DNA of 59,466 nucleotides from Poseidonia sp. (GTDB lineage Archaea; Thermoplasmatota; Poseidoniia; Poseidoniales; Poseidoniaceae): NCBI GenBank assembly GCA_038124565.1, contig JAYPCE010000005.1, positions 1 to 59,466 of the forward strand, read 5' to 3'. Shown piece by piece: positions 30,201 to 35,992 of this stretch (position 1 is its first letter; each line of letters starts with the position of its first letter). The notes under the pieces were generated by a model. It saw only the letters and a program-made list of their open reading frames with translations, ran no database searches and was not told where the DNA came from. The position numbers and the translations under genes were made by a program.

Positions 30201-32059
30201 TCGGTAGAGGTGCTGCTGCACGAACCGACGGAAACGAGTTCGCCACCGTCGAATTGGTTGTTGGAGCCCAATCCGTAGGTGGTGCTGGACCAGGAGGAGC
30301 CGCCGTCGAGAGAGTAGTACAACTTTGGTGCACCTGAACTGGTCGTGTCAATACCCGACATGTCAGTGAGCTTGATGAAGAAAGTTCGCTCGCCTTCAAT
30401 GTACGAATCGAGACCGGTGTACGGAATGTAGTCGGCCGTTGGGGGGTCGGCATCCGTACCGCCAGAGTAGGTGATGAGGAAGTGGGAGTTGTAACTGCTT
30501 GCGGTGTAGGCATAGGTGTAGAAGTAAGCGCTGCTCATGTAGCGTTCACCAACACCAAGTGTCCCTGCACCGTTGGTCACGGCGTTGGCGACGTGCGAGA
30601 TACCACCAGAGGATGCACTGCACGCCGAAGCAGAGTTACACAAGGTCAGCGTCTTCCAGCCAGTACCTGTGCTGCCAACCGTCGCCGCAGCAGGCGAATT
30701 GCCCGCTGCAGAAACAACGCTTCGTGCAGCCGTACCGCCGTAGTTGGAGGTGAGGTAGGAGGCTGAAATGGGGCTGCCGTTACAACTCCTGGAGGTGATG
30801 CCGTAGTTGTACCGAGCGTCAAGGCCACAGCCTTCCAGCACGCTCATGGTGATGGTCCTGGATTGGCCGTAAGCGTAGGACATGTACTTCTTCCACTCAA
30901 TCTTGTCAATGGTTGCACCAGAGGGCAACTGGTTGGAAGATGTGAAGGTGTACTTGTGCCAGGGGAGGTAGTAGTAGTAAGAGTAGTATCGGTAGTGGTA
31001 GCGGTAGGAACTGGAGTAACAGTAATTGTAGTAGATGTAACAGTAACCACCTGCGTTGGAGTTCACTCGGATACTTGGGTCAAGAGCCAAGGGGTACTTG
31101 CGGTCTTCGTCCATCAACCACTCGGCGTCAACCACCGTGATCAACAGGATTTGAGGACCGTAGACCTGAATGAAGAAGGTACCGGTGTAGGGCTCTTCTG
31201 CTTCTGGCTCCATGATGACGGGAGCAGGAATCTCAACGAGGAGTTCACCGGTCTCGACGTGGCGAATTTGGAGGTCTTCTTGCGTGGTGAAGAGCTCTTC
31301 GCCGAGCATGGTCTCGCCGTGATAGAGGGCGTAGCCAGCAGGCATGCGGAGGCCTTCGCTCAAACCAAACCACTTTGCAGCGTCTGGAAGGACGGGGGCC
31401 TCTCGCAGGATGAGGTTCTGCTTGACTTGGTTGGTTTCAACCGTGTAGTCAAGGTCAAAGCCCTCTGCAAGTGGGTAACGGATGACGTTACCGCCAACTT
31501 CAATGCCGTTGGAGGCGGGAGGTGCGATGTAGGGTTCAGGAGCGGAACCGGTCTCATCGAGTGTGATGAGCATCGGGTTCAATCCTGAAATCACAGGGTC
31601 CACGAATTCATTGACTTGAACCGAAATTCCGCCGGCGACTTCAGGTGCAAAGGTGGTCGTGAAGAGGTTTTCACTTACACCCCAGCCTTCAGGGTATGCC
31701 TGGATGTTCAGGTCGATGTCTTCCCACGTACCAGCATCGGAGACGTAGTGAATGGGCTCACTCGTCACCATCTGGGTGATGCTACCGTCCTCATTGAGGA
31801 AGGCTTTCGTGGTTTGGTCTCGCATCCCTTGAAGTTCAAGCGATGGGTCATATTCATAGTCTGCTTCAGCGATCTTTTCGGGGAGCTTGAAGTAATCATC
31901 AGCTCCAGTCGAACTTGCTTCCACAAGTTCTACGGTCGTACTGTTGTCGTTGTCAACGTAGCCGCTCATTGGCATGAGCACCATCAATGCGCACAACAAC
32001 AGCGCAACCCCGATACCGCCGAAGACGGTTTTCTTCTGGTTTTTCTTGTTTCCCAACAT
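18230..32059 (-). CDS. Giant 4609-aa multidomain surface protein/adhesin (WapA/Rhs-like N-terminal module, Tyr-rich segments, NIDO-like, several parallel beta-helices, DOMON-like, cadherin/Ig-like repeats) fused to a C-terminal archaeal type IV pilin
   Basis: Uninterrupted 13.8-kb ORF; N-terminal basic plus hydrophobic signal; beta-helix repeats (I.DN.I.GG..AIYL); NDAPV cadherin-like junctions; VPSF-TM-RR; then AVSPVIATILMVAITVVLSGVIYVW pilin motif. GGGGTGA SD upstream. Confidence 0.88.
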   Translation of the reverse strand: MLGNKKNQKKTVFGGIGVALLLCALMVLMPMSGYVDNDNSTTVELVEASSTGADDYFKLPEKIAEADYEYDPSLELQGMRDQTTKAFLNEDGSITQMVTSEPIHYVSDAGTWEDIDLNIQAYPEGWGVSENLFTTTFAPEVAGGISVQVNEFVDPVISGLNPMLITLDETGSAPEPYIAPPASNGIEVGGNVIRYPLAEGFDLDYTVETNQVKQNLILREAPVLPDAAKWFGLSEGLRMPAGYALYHGETMLGEELFTTQEDLQIRHVETGELLVEIPAPVIMEPEAEEPYTGTFFIQVYGPQILLITVVDAEWLMDEDRKYPLALDPSIRVNSNAGGYCYIYYNYCYSSSYRYHYRYYSYYYYLPWHKYTFTSSNQLPSGATIDKIEWKKYMSYAYGQSRTITMSVLEGCGLDARYNYGITSRSCNGSPISASYLTSNYGGTAARSVVSAAGNSPAAATVGSTGTGWKTLTLCNSASACSASSGGISHVANAVTNGAGTLGVGERYMSSAYFYTYAYTASSYNSHFLITYSGGTDADPPTADYIPYTGLDSYIEGERTFFIKLTDMSGIDTTSSGAPKLYYSLDGGSSWSSTTYGLGSNNQFDGGELVSVGSCSSTSTECRFMARTPALSYGDDLRYYWKYQDLNQGSNGKNVGYEPALTGSQTTPTPYQIDIVDPANAPTSHKKMTVLTTDVHAGSYYTPQGFFDRQLTYYSHSDEYFFEFDTSGCGTGGSSCFYTSTSTFYGNWLARGNNLYPATGSYGMNSGTNKFNQNLWSNNGNGYLQIGAQHGPGMNLIFVYNSAKNAWATVGVDTSTGIDTALTGGSKATASVSYGYTQAYKFAIPGDITGDFGNFKFNATGSSTTANRLCVTTNGWYYFYRATSYDRCTSAYYMVYGSTSSYRWSGFALGTGYYGRQASTGDITYKVRNVAPTPDTFKPMFTHAAMQDSHSKTRVVSVSIMDDGDPASGLNVSSAAGVGPTLYHRITPDGGSAGSWTSTPMSQQSDKTRAQCSLGACTWSADIEDLEVNDTVEYYFTARDTSTVSSGINSNTSSTYSFQRGDPNKIFVVEWRDLSYYTYGQLCTVQALFYDVTNEIEFKYDSNCRTTYNSWSIGYMNQARNLGASISHQSSTSFNNNPGHVPTTSNFRISTTSSSHAWEAFDKGLVEVTNAQTAMSGQSSGYPYLYYCISSYYWNSYKNYCNANIDLPAGFEFEYFGTTYDGDDSNDRVQLGRGGSMYFISNGNTNVERNLWTYHQPALPYSGSSLARPGTIAPFWTGYNNYYCFVNSNQDCSVYYRVMPYEGKGTDVTADITSDPIWDLTDSPIRINPSNKYLVVSSDLTIKPGVEVYVAAGKGISFDGACTKFTALGNSTHNINISGMNGGEWLGMAFTDDCTTAGGTDDRHQFSYVNFANTSDALFQSGSRHDGSGPSCGSSTANCNTGNYTMSDVTFTNVGAVFTHGSGQGTVVSISDFSVNGADEACFNFAENTIATLHEGTIKNCNTDGKTWGGAIVNYPGSTSGSLHAENLTVENSYVNFIDVDLQDVTLSNITVTNPSSQTGVAIDSMHGTGSDVYINNVDVDSYANSGINAMSSLKMMDVDLGSADLWIIPGGWSQTGNGPSGADSVFDTVTAGDITIQRTHPSTFTDITAEDISLSGNAIVTSRLAMANMDIGSFTVAGCGWTMDMASPSLESFKSTCSSSSSKNTVSIANADFQHGSSSDHVIDGRNSHITVGESSFTSSTAGSTTEVAKARTGTNIVLIESDLNGNDCSDANGDTGNCAYDVSGTTSNPSMIYFGGLGNVSVYRVAGSTRVYKADHVVTATLLDGSLNEVFQVGSHITDSNGNTSLWVIVEDSDGTTYSDHVVRAFGTAGQNETYPDNYPDATLASSWYPSGGVTVGTHLDLLLEPAPIVFNDPTLDCYKLINDPFYTGQQQSSGGYDLRGNWDGVNTFTFDDTSITVSADLELDTCGFELQGGSLRVQSTATSSPVITIKDDGFITANNDGTSGNPAAIRAVSSTYGLHLDIQDGGVLTLDHATLRDVAWDATTKSALYIGMGATFNMMDSAAVYGSSASADDMATVKIDGGSASIDASSIINVGQTGTAIWVENSGASLTDIIVRNAAVGIQSYNGAPQVDGFTSNGNTVGVDVYGGMSLPTIYRSSALSGMSAGWHTYKIDLSTFLGTGDYLQVGANSIYGGGNAHPVYNYATSKYYWVSDRLNIMFEDDQGNSWNVTNAQHEGYYPYGNNDPAVTAGTHTYSGGKGGAPSWHCNYYSYSYGPNYQSFDGYFYYFYYFWLGQSVSYPGYYEAPDEFGFGWENIAGVSPTGSYAYYPYHYWGYYSPSAYFSGAYSPPEGSNGQPSSGPGQPGGQFSGPSYASGGYPNNYGVCLDYAYTYYMSPGQGARLTYPIVDISNAVANGGNISKVYLYMDVIHRGNDNYQDRYDFVARVGNDPSDLGDYVRESGTPLFKKGTILNSDYGVEVGGAFAAGHFEDIDVVNPTQAGLYVNGQTTATSNRFNVSGGNYGALIASTASGSMDLENIDFENQVNAGVYYQNDISGELSGLVTGSSGAAVKYGTGTANDVEMNGITISGNAIGIDAGGSGDFTLTDVTLSNTKDVTITGSSNMDYIEGDIDTTTVEVTGTGVFTRMRQLDVTVQANVSSVTEDVDGTSVILKDSVGTVTGQAVTDANGVAHDLTFATQKVDSGSCTSVCNLSLTGYEAATVATISYYWNGPNTGQNDADFRYAFHPLTLTDTSGNTDTMYLEDTFTARICYSSTAYVKQAPCASGLGTSSTRTFTNGLVEYGYYQSHSGNDLAGETVMMDAPFMYLYPGKHNWNGSTFISTASYDYDGASRMYPYYNGESSLYMHDASWTGVALSSSGDPQGYTIGYRYYSLNIDIDNTTMSGIASLIGAMGYGYYSQYELDWFKVTNSTLVHYQGYFPLNNAIYMNDICMIMNGGDGNIVDSNTFVDCGVGVFAERSPYYYTHSSSEIGVDNLTVTNNVFNDGGEIADIWIYSQNEAQGLTITDNEINPSNGHAIAIYSGNTKDVLIADNTITGGDNAIYLNRVHNYEIDNNDIGGISDPTSAGVYIFRGSGNITDNTLTDADGGIYLDSVEAPPSPTSSLCSIDSNDYGRGPHSCTWTLASGKSAAVNLGTDSWGYEISIEITKPDGTKDTWGTYSFASNAQYSPLRTYSDAGNYTLTVRDSYGDGGATIRVLESTSGSSGYSGPVVSGNTIGLSSGRTSPNAIGINAVDCDGVTIQSSANSITLDDNAMVIEDCDFNDVGSTLTGAGLSSTFGVLGDDTNSALTLNGTDISGFATGVYKEGGDLSMIGGASIAGTDYAVYAEDTYVVAIDAHVDGGSTGTGLHVEDGTDVWVYPMDASGAIGVYIENTPFRWDGGTSDATTAISVVDATGSVENLTWSASTTQIDAGANAHVTSIGNTLDSSKINVASSAVIDEANLLSLEATHLGAAPTSDVALLLTSTDDERASYVSPTFQPDVMTVDGDDTDWVGGNALNPSGYAMPGVMSGDGTDDFLVTYIEGDGLYFGITNSDLTNSDVLIYISTGSGGSDVGYNGLGGAHNLPFSANYVLWADSSSSYDLYSYGFLGWSPSSLSTANVQADFSTSLAEFGVPWSRLGGMPDEIDIVAIVQAETTADISVVHPTQTLNSSSTLQTLTKYMTVELTHDDLADGTLTSEVLVYQSYKGSTTASGQKNYDLMVKTQADCAYDWATVEDISMSTNVVFDDAYVAGTGDTTNVQSTIDIKRACPVIDTDGADTDDGLVDFSKDEDSGAFTFSLTNLADDVQDEEADLTWDVVEGNLVAYDNVLVDWSQNGHDVTITPLNDQFGYMVFAFEVTDSNGLTDRHNITYTVNNINDAPVICNVERADCMPIFSEDDGNYNILPEGFGTHTKFLGDVSNATRSYIRDMANEQAPTRQVYTWTATAVDIGTTDACSAFSVAVNNNELSITENTNNELGGKCTVTLGLADDGAENQDGETFDVVFSVAPVNDAPVIKTWNRTTDTVMKAANGSIPVLEWSVSLMEDDTNLDNLTYDLSAIKADVDHDLDDLTWEVESTDQCVYTNYFTTSIVGDNLVFTLIEDATTNANDWEIDYLNNNGIHQIGPSGSEYCYIRLVLRDTPTAPTTQGEYNTYVPNYDPSVMPIADYQQGVATKEIGVRVENVREQVPDYFFDDNTGFSFNGVTNVMTGTYVPVTVTVGGGGDEGPYRYDHMLAITYHTDGHNDVELTRYYAVPDYGASVKYTEDVYITKDTTHVWVEMDVVTCLANPCDMSVTAADRFQADEPGSHYAIINNIQSNDAWSKPGQYGKNATKTSERRPLLEDSNWCNNIMTSLETADVCNHANQPASTFLSTDQNLPDVVETIGASAVPSFAPSILAVALAGLFVSALSFSSRRADDEEETESMADDDAAVSPVIATILMVAITVVLSGVIYVWASSLAETDVKGVPRVTFDIEDINGFDADQGHWRITVEQSQTPLATQAVEVKVFYTNATGAFNTYTVNLADSAGVYGFNPANSDAFVTFVDSVTKEQISETETRSISTFNAGDTIFIRTHAPDGTPLEDATITLSYAPINGKGALLREWDDLSYNKKA

Positions 32060-32110
32060 GTGTCATTCACCCCATACGGACTGTATGCACTGCATCCCAC
32101 GACTTACACC

Positions 32111-32117
32111 ATTTATA
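32111..32117 (-). promoter_or_regulatory. TATA box (TATAAAT) of the giant protein gene, leadered transcript with SD
   Basis: TATAAAT 52 nt upstream of ATG 32059, with GGGGTGA SD in between; the same arrangement occurs at 35828-35834. Confidence 0.6.
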
Positions 32118-32259
32118 GGAGTTGGGGTGCAATTCGTTTGAAAACAAAATCTAGACCGCGGGATTGCTCCCCATTTTTTGACACAAATGGACCGTGTCAT
32201 AAGGTCTACATCAACAAAAACCTGACGAAAAAATATCATGTGATTTTCCTGCTTTTGGC

Positions 32260-32277
32260 GAGGGTGATATCACCCTC
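32260..32277. promoter_or_regulatory. Perfect 18-bp palindrome GAGGGTGATATCACCCTC, candidate operator
   Basis: Exact self-complementary sequence in the non-coding region about 200 bp upstream of the giant gene. Confidence 0.45.
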
Positions 32278-32519
32278 TATTGGGCTCGTGAACATGGAAA
32301 GCCCCCTGTATTGGCTGCGGATGTCATGAGCGTTCGTTCCTTCGGCACGCGCTCGTAAGACATGAAAAGGACAACGCCTCTGCTCAATTTCAAACCCTTA
32401 CAGGAGCACATCGATGATGCGTCTTCGCTTTTCAAGGATGATAAGACAGTTATGTATCTTGGCTTGAACAAGGGGAGGCACATTGGCCGATGCGTACGCA
32501 CCTCTGCATCATTTGTTAA

Positions 32520-32586
32520 ATGAAAGAGAAAAGGCCAGGGAGGCCGCCTTGGCGACCTCCCCAGCGTTGTACACCCCAGAGGGGTG
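32520..32586 (-). terminator. Tandem hairpins plus U-rich tract after the 1056-aa surface protein gene
   Basis: Minus strand CACCCC-TCT-GGGGTG (32572-32586), then GGGAGGTCGCC-AA-GGCGGCCTCCC (32538-32561), then TGGCCTTTTCTCTTTCATTT. Confidence 0.7.
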
Positions 32587-32609
32587 GAGAGGCTTTTCAA
32601 CGGCTGAGA

Positions 32610-35600
32610 TCAGTAATCCCAGTCCTTGCCTTCGCCGCCTTCACCGTCTCCACGGGAGAGGATGAATGCACCTGCGATGAACGCAACGATGACAACACCG
32701 CCGATGAGGCCCCACGTCCACGTTGGGACGCCAGCAGACGCATCGTCGCCACCGTCACCAATGGTGCCGTTGCCGTCATCGATGTTGCTGTTGTCTTGTG
32801 TGCGGGTGTCCTGTGCTTCGTTCAATGCAGCTGAAGCGTCCATGTTGCCCTTGTCGTCCATACCGACCACCGTGAAGTAGTACGATTTGCCGTTCTGGAT
32901 GCTCACAGGCATGGCAACGTTGGTGCTGGTCGCGGTTGCGGGTGCACTGTCTGGACAGGCCGAAGGCATGTTCGCTGCGTCGAAGTCGTCAGACATCCAG
33001 CAAACATGCCACATGTCCACATCGCTCGTGTCGCCGGTCACCGTCCAACTGACGTCCCAACTGGTGCCGTCAGAAGCAACACCAACCGTGAGGCTGACGG
33101 TGTAGTCACCATCGACCTTCTTGTCAGCAACCACGGTCGCCAAACCTGGTGTTGAACAACCTTGCTCGTTGCAAACGGCAACCTCCACGTAGTACGTTTC
33201 ACCGTGGGTGGTTTGGGAACCACTGTAGGTGTATGAGCGGTCTTCGTCGGCCACGGCTTGCGTGAACGGAGTTGCACAGTCTGCAGCGCCTTCACAAATC
33301 TTGACGGTGATGCTGTCCGAGGAGAGCAAGGTACCCGTGATGTCCCAAGCGAGAGCGATAGCCCCCCCTTTCTGGGCCGTTGCGCTGAAGCCGCTCACCG
33401 AGGCGTCGGGGATGCTGGCTTGAGCGAGTTCGCCGCCCATCAAGACCAACGTGCCTCCTGGAACCACAGGAGAGTTGGCAGGGATGTCGTAGGTGAACAT
33501 CTCGGTCGTAGCATCCACTTCTTCGGAAGCGTCCGAGAAGAGAATCCACTTGCCCGAGCCGTCAATGTACCACAGTGAGGTGGCCTCAAGCGAGGTGTCA
33601 ACGATGACGGACAATTCCTGTGCGAGGATGGCATCGGCCGAGAAGGTCGTGCTTGGTGCATAGTCCAAGGCTGCAACAGCGGCGTAGGTGCCCGTGAAGC
33701 CTTCAAGCTGAACCGAACTGTATTCAGAGGCATCGGCGTCAGCGAAGGTTCCGATGGTGAACTCGCTCAAAGCGAAGTACTGGAGGGGGTATTCAATGGT
33801 AATTCCAGCATCGCTCGTAGCGGTAGCCACAGCATCGTTCCAAACATCGATTGACATTTCTTGAGACACCTGCCCGGAATGAGCATCGGTCACGACAACC
33901 GTGACGATGAGGTTCCCGATGAACGAGTTCAACACAGGGGTCGTACAGGTAGGGCCGCCTTCTGTCTGGGTACCGTTACAGCCACCGATGGCCCCGCCTT
34001 GGTAGTTGTACTCAAAGAAGAGACCGTCACCAGATGGATCATCCACGTCAAAGGCTGAAACCGTCAATTGGAGCATGTCCTGCTGGCCAACAACGATGTC
34101 GCCTTCGGTCACCATTTCAAAGGAGGTGATGACGGGGAGGTTGTTGAGCACGTCGGCGACCATGGTCACATCGTTGTTGCTCGACCGAGCGTCACCGTCT
34201 GCGGCTGCGTCCCAGGTGACGCCGTTGGCTTCACCGGACTTGGTGTCCATGACCAACGAGAAATCAAAGGTGTATTCACCGGGTTCAAGACTGACGAATA
34301 CACAAGCGGACCCAACCAAGTCACCCATGCCACCGAGAGGCATGTGCGAGTAGGGCATTTCCACACCGGAAACACACTCATCAATCACGCCCGAGTCAAC
34401 CACGCCGAGGGTGTCGTGGGTGATGGTGTAACTGATGTTCCAATTGTATCCCTTGGTGGAATCGCTACCCCGGTGCTCAACGTCGGCATAGACCAAACCA
34501 CAGCCCACGTTGAGGTCACCGCCGAGTCCTTCCTGGGTGAAGGTCACAGCTGTACCGGTGCAGTCCTCGTCAAAGTTGTAGCCTTGGAAGACGCCCATGC
34601 GCGAAATGCGAATGTCGTCGAAGGTCACCTTGCTACCGGAAATCTCATCGAAATCGGTCTTAGGACGGTCGTCATTGCTGGCCGAAACTTCACAGAAGTG
34701 TCGCAGCGTGGTGGAGTTGGTTTCGTTGCCTTCGCCGCCGTCAATGAACTCCTCACAGTCGGTGAATTGGCCGTACATGGTGTACTCCACGACTTCAGCC
34801 GAGATGGTGAAGCGAGCATCGCTGTTGCCGTTCGGCACCAATTCACCGTTCACCGACCAAGGCGTTTGGTAGGAAAGAACCGAGCGAGAGTCTTCGGTGA
34901 AGTTCAACGGGTCGCTCTCGTGCTCAAAGGTTCGCACGGTGTCGGAGGTGCCAGCGGTGATTTGATAGTTTACGCCACCGCCTTGCATCAAGTCGTCGCC
35001 GCCTGCTGTGGCCGTTGCAACATCGCCGGTCACGTCAACACGAACCACTACATTGCGAGGAGAGAAGTTCTCTGAACCGTTGGCCGTTACGGTCAACGTG
35101 AACTCACAGGAGCCGCCGCTCGATGCGTCGCAGAACTCGGTGTTTTCACCGGTGGTCCAAGAGAGGTCCACTTCGATGTCGTACCAGTCCTCAACCACCA
35201 CATTGACGAGTTGGTTGTTGTTGGAGGCGTCGGCATCGGTTGGGCTGGAGACAGCCACTTCCACCACATAGGAACCCTGTGTTGGCGTCCATGTGATGTC
35301 GCCGCTACCGCCCTGAAGTTGGAGGGTCAACTTACCGCCACCGAGGAAGGCGCCGGATGAGAGAGGGTTCGCCGAGGAGTCAAAGTCACAGACGGTTGCA
35401 TCATCGCACATGGCGTCAACGTTCTGCCAGCGCAAGTCGTTGCCGCTGGAATCCTTGGCGATGTTGCCAGGGTTGCCATTGAGGTCAGCCAAGTAGACGG
35501 TCACGGAATAAGACAACTCCGTGATGTCGGCATCCCCGCTGTTCTTGATGTAGGCGGAGAAGGTGGTTGCCTCTCCGACTTGCAGGGTGTTTCGGCATCC

Positions 35601-35780
35601 GTTGATGTTGTCACACGTGGTTTCTTTCGGCGTTGTGATGGCGATTACGGAGGGGTCGCCGCCTGCGCGAGCGCCGCTCTCTTCAATCACCACTTGTTCT
35701 TCAAGCTCGTAGAAATCAATGCCAGCGAAGAAACTCGTCAGCATCAACAACCCGAGGATTACAGGTGTCATATTCTTCAT
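32610..35780 (-). CDS. 1056-aa acidic cell-surface protein (CARDB/Ig-like and FN3-like domains, C-terminal TM anchor); S-layer-like candidate
   Basis: Signal peptide; D.D.SNN Ig/CARDB-like ends; FN3-like TYYVEVAVCNEQGCS and YYFTVVGMD; many paired Cys; C-terminal TM plus GKDWDY tail. Confidence 0.8.
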   Translation of the reverse strand: MKNMTPVILGLLMLTSFFAGIDFYELEEQVVIEESGARAGGDPSVIAITTPKETTCDNINGCRNTLQVGEATTFSAYIKNSGDADITELSYSVTVYLADLNGNPGNIAKDSSGNDLRWQNVDAMCDDATVCDFDSSANPLSSGAFLGGGKLTLQLQGGSGDITWTPTQGSYVVEVAVSSPTDADASNNNQLVNVVVEDWYDIEVDLSWTTGENTEFCDASSGGSCEFTLTVTANGSENFSPRNVVVRVDVTGDVATATAGGDDLMQGGGVNYQITAGTSDTVRTFEHESDPLNFTEDSRSVLSYQTPWSVNGELVPNGNSDARFTISAEVVEYTMYGQFTDCEEFIDGGEGNETNSTTLRHFCEVSASNDDRPKTDFDEISGSKVTFDDIRISRMGVFQGYNFDEDCTGTAVTFTQEGLGGDLNVGCGLVYADVEHRGSDSTKGYNWNISYTITHDTLGVVDSGVIDECVSGVEMPYSHMPLGGMGDLVGSACVFVSLEPGEYTFDFSLVMDTKSGEANGVTWDAAADGDARSSNNDVTMVADVLNNLPVITSFEMVTEGDIVVGQQDMLQLTVSAFDVDDPSGDGLFFEYNYQGGAIGGCNGTQTEGGPTCTTPVLNSFIGNLIVTVVVTDAHSGQVSQEMSIDVWNDAVATATSDAGITIEYPLQYFALSEFTIGTFADADASEYSSVQLEGFTGTYAAVAALDYAPSTTFSADAILAQELSVIVDTSLEATSLWYIDGSGKWILFSDASEEVDATTEMFTYDIPANSPVVPGGTLVLMGGELAQASIPDASVSGFSATAQKGGAIALAWDITGTLLSSDSITVKICEGAADCATPFTQAVADEDRSYTYSGSQTTHGETYYVEVAVCNEQGCSTPGLATVVADKKVDGDYTVSLTVGVASDGTSWDVSWTVTGDTSDVDMWHVCWMSDDFDAANMPSACPDSAPATATSTNVAMPVSIQNGKSYYFTVVGMDDKGNMDASAALNEAQDTRTQDNSNIDDGNGTIGDGGDDASAGVPTWTWGLIGGVVIVAFIAGAFILSRGDGEGGEGKDWDY

Positions 35781-35827
35781 ATCAATACCCCCGAAGGTTC
35801 GGTGTCCCTCCCCACGGCATGCGTTGT

Positions 35828-35834
35828 ATTTATA
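35828..35834 (-). promoter_or_regulatory. TATA box (TATAAAT) of the 1056-aa protein gene
   Basis: TATAAAT 48 nt upstream of ATG 35780, with GGGGGT SD-like motif before the start. Confidence 0.6.
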
Positions 35835-35992
35835 CTATGGGAAGGCTGAATCTGTGTCAATTCATCCAAAAAACGCTGTTTTTTGCATAGTTTCGGCTCT
35901 TCATGTGCCGCTTCTCACTTTGAGTGGTGCAAAATTTTTGTTTTCATAATATCGCTTCAGATTTCGTAATTTTTTAGCCTCTGCCCAGGGCC

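Noticed and set aside
18230-32059. Giant protein as an Rhs/polymorphic toxin or a diversity-generating retroelement target
   Set aside because: No YD repeats, no DPxG toxin junction, no immunity gene, and no reverse transcriptase or template/variable repeat pair visible in the window.
32277-32600. 107-aa ORF in the spacer between the two surface-protein genes
   Set aside because: It overlaps the terminator hairpins, has atypical composition and shows no recognisable motif.
35867-35885. Inverted repeat CAAAAAAC-GCT-GTTTTTTG
   Set aside because: Low-complexity A/T tracts in an AT-rich spacer; may simply be terminator U-tracts, so not distinctive enough to call.
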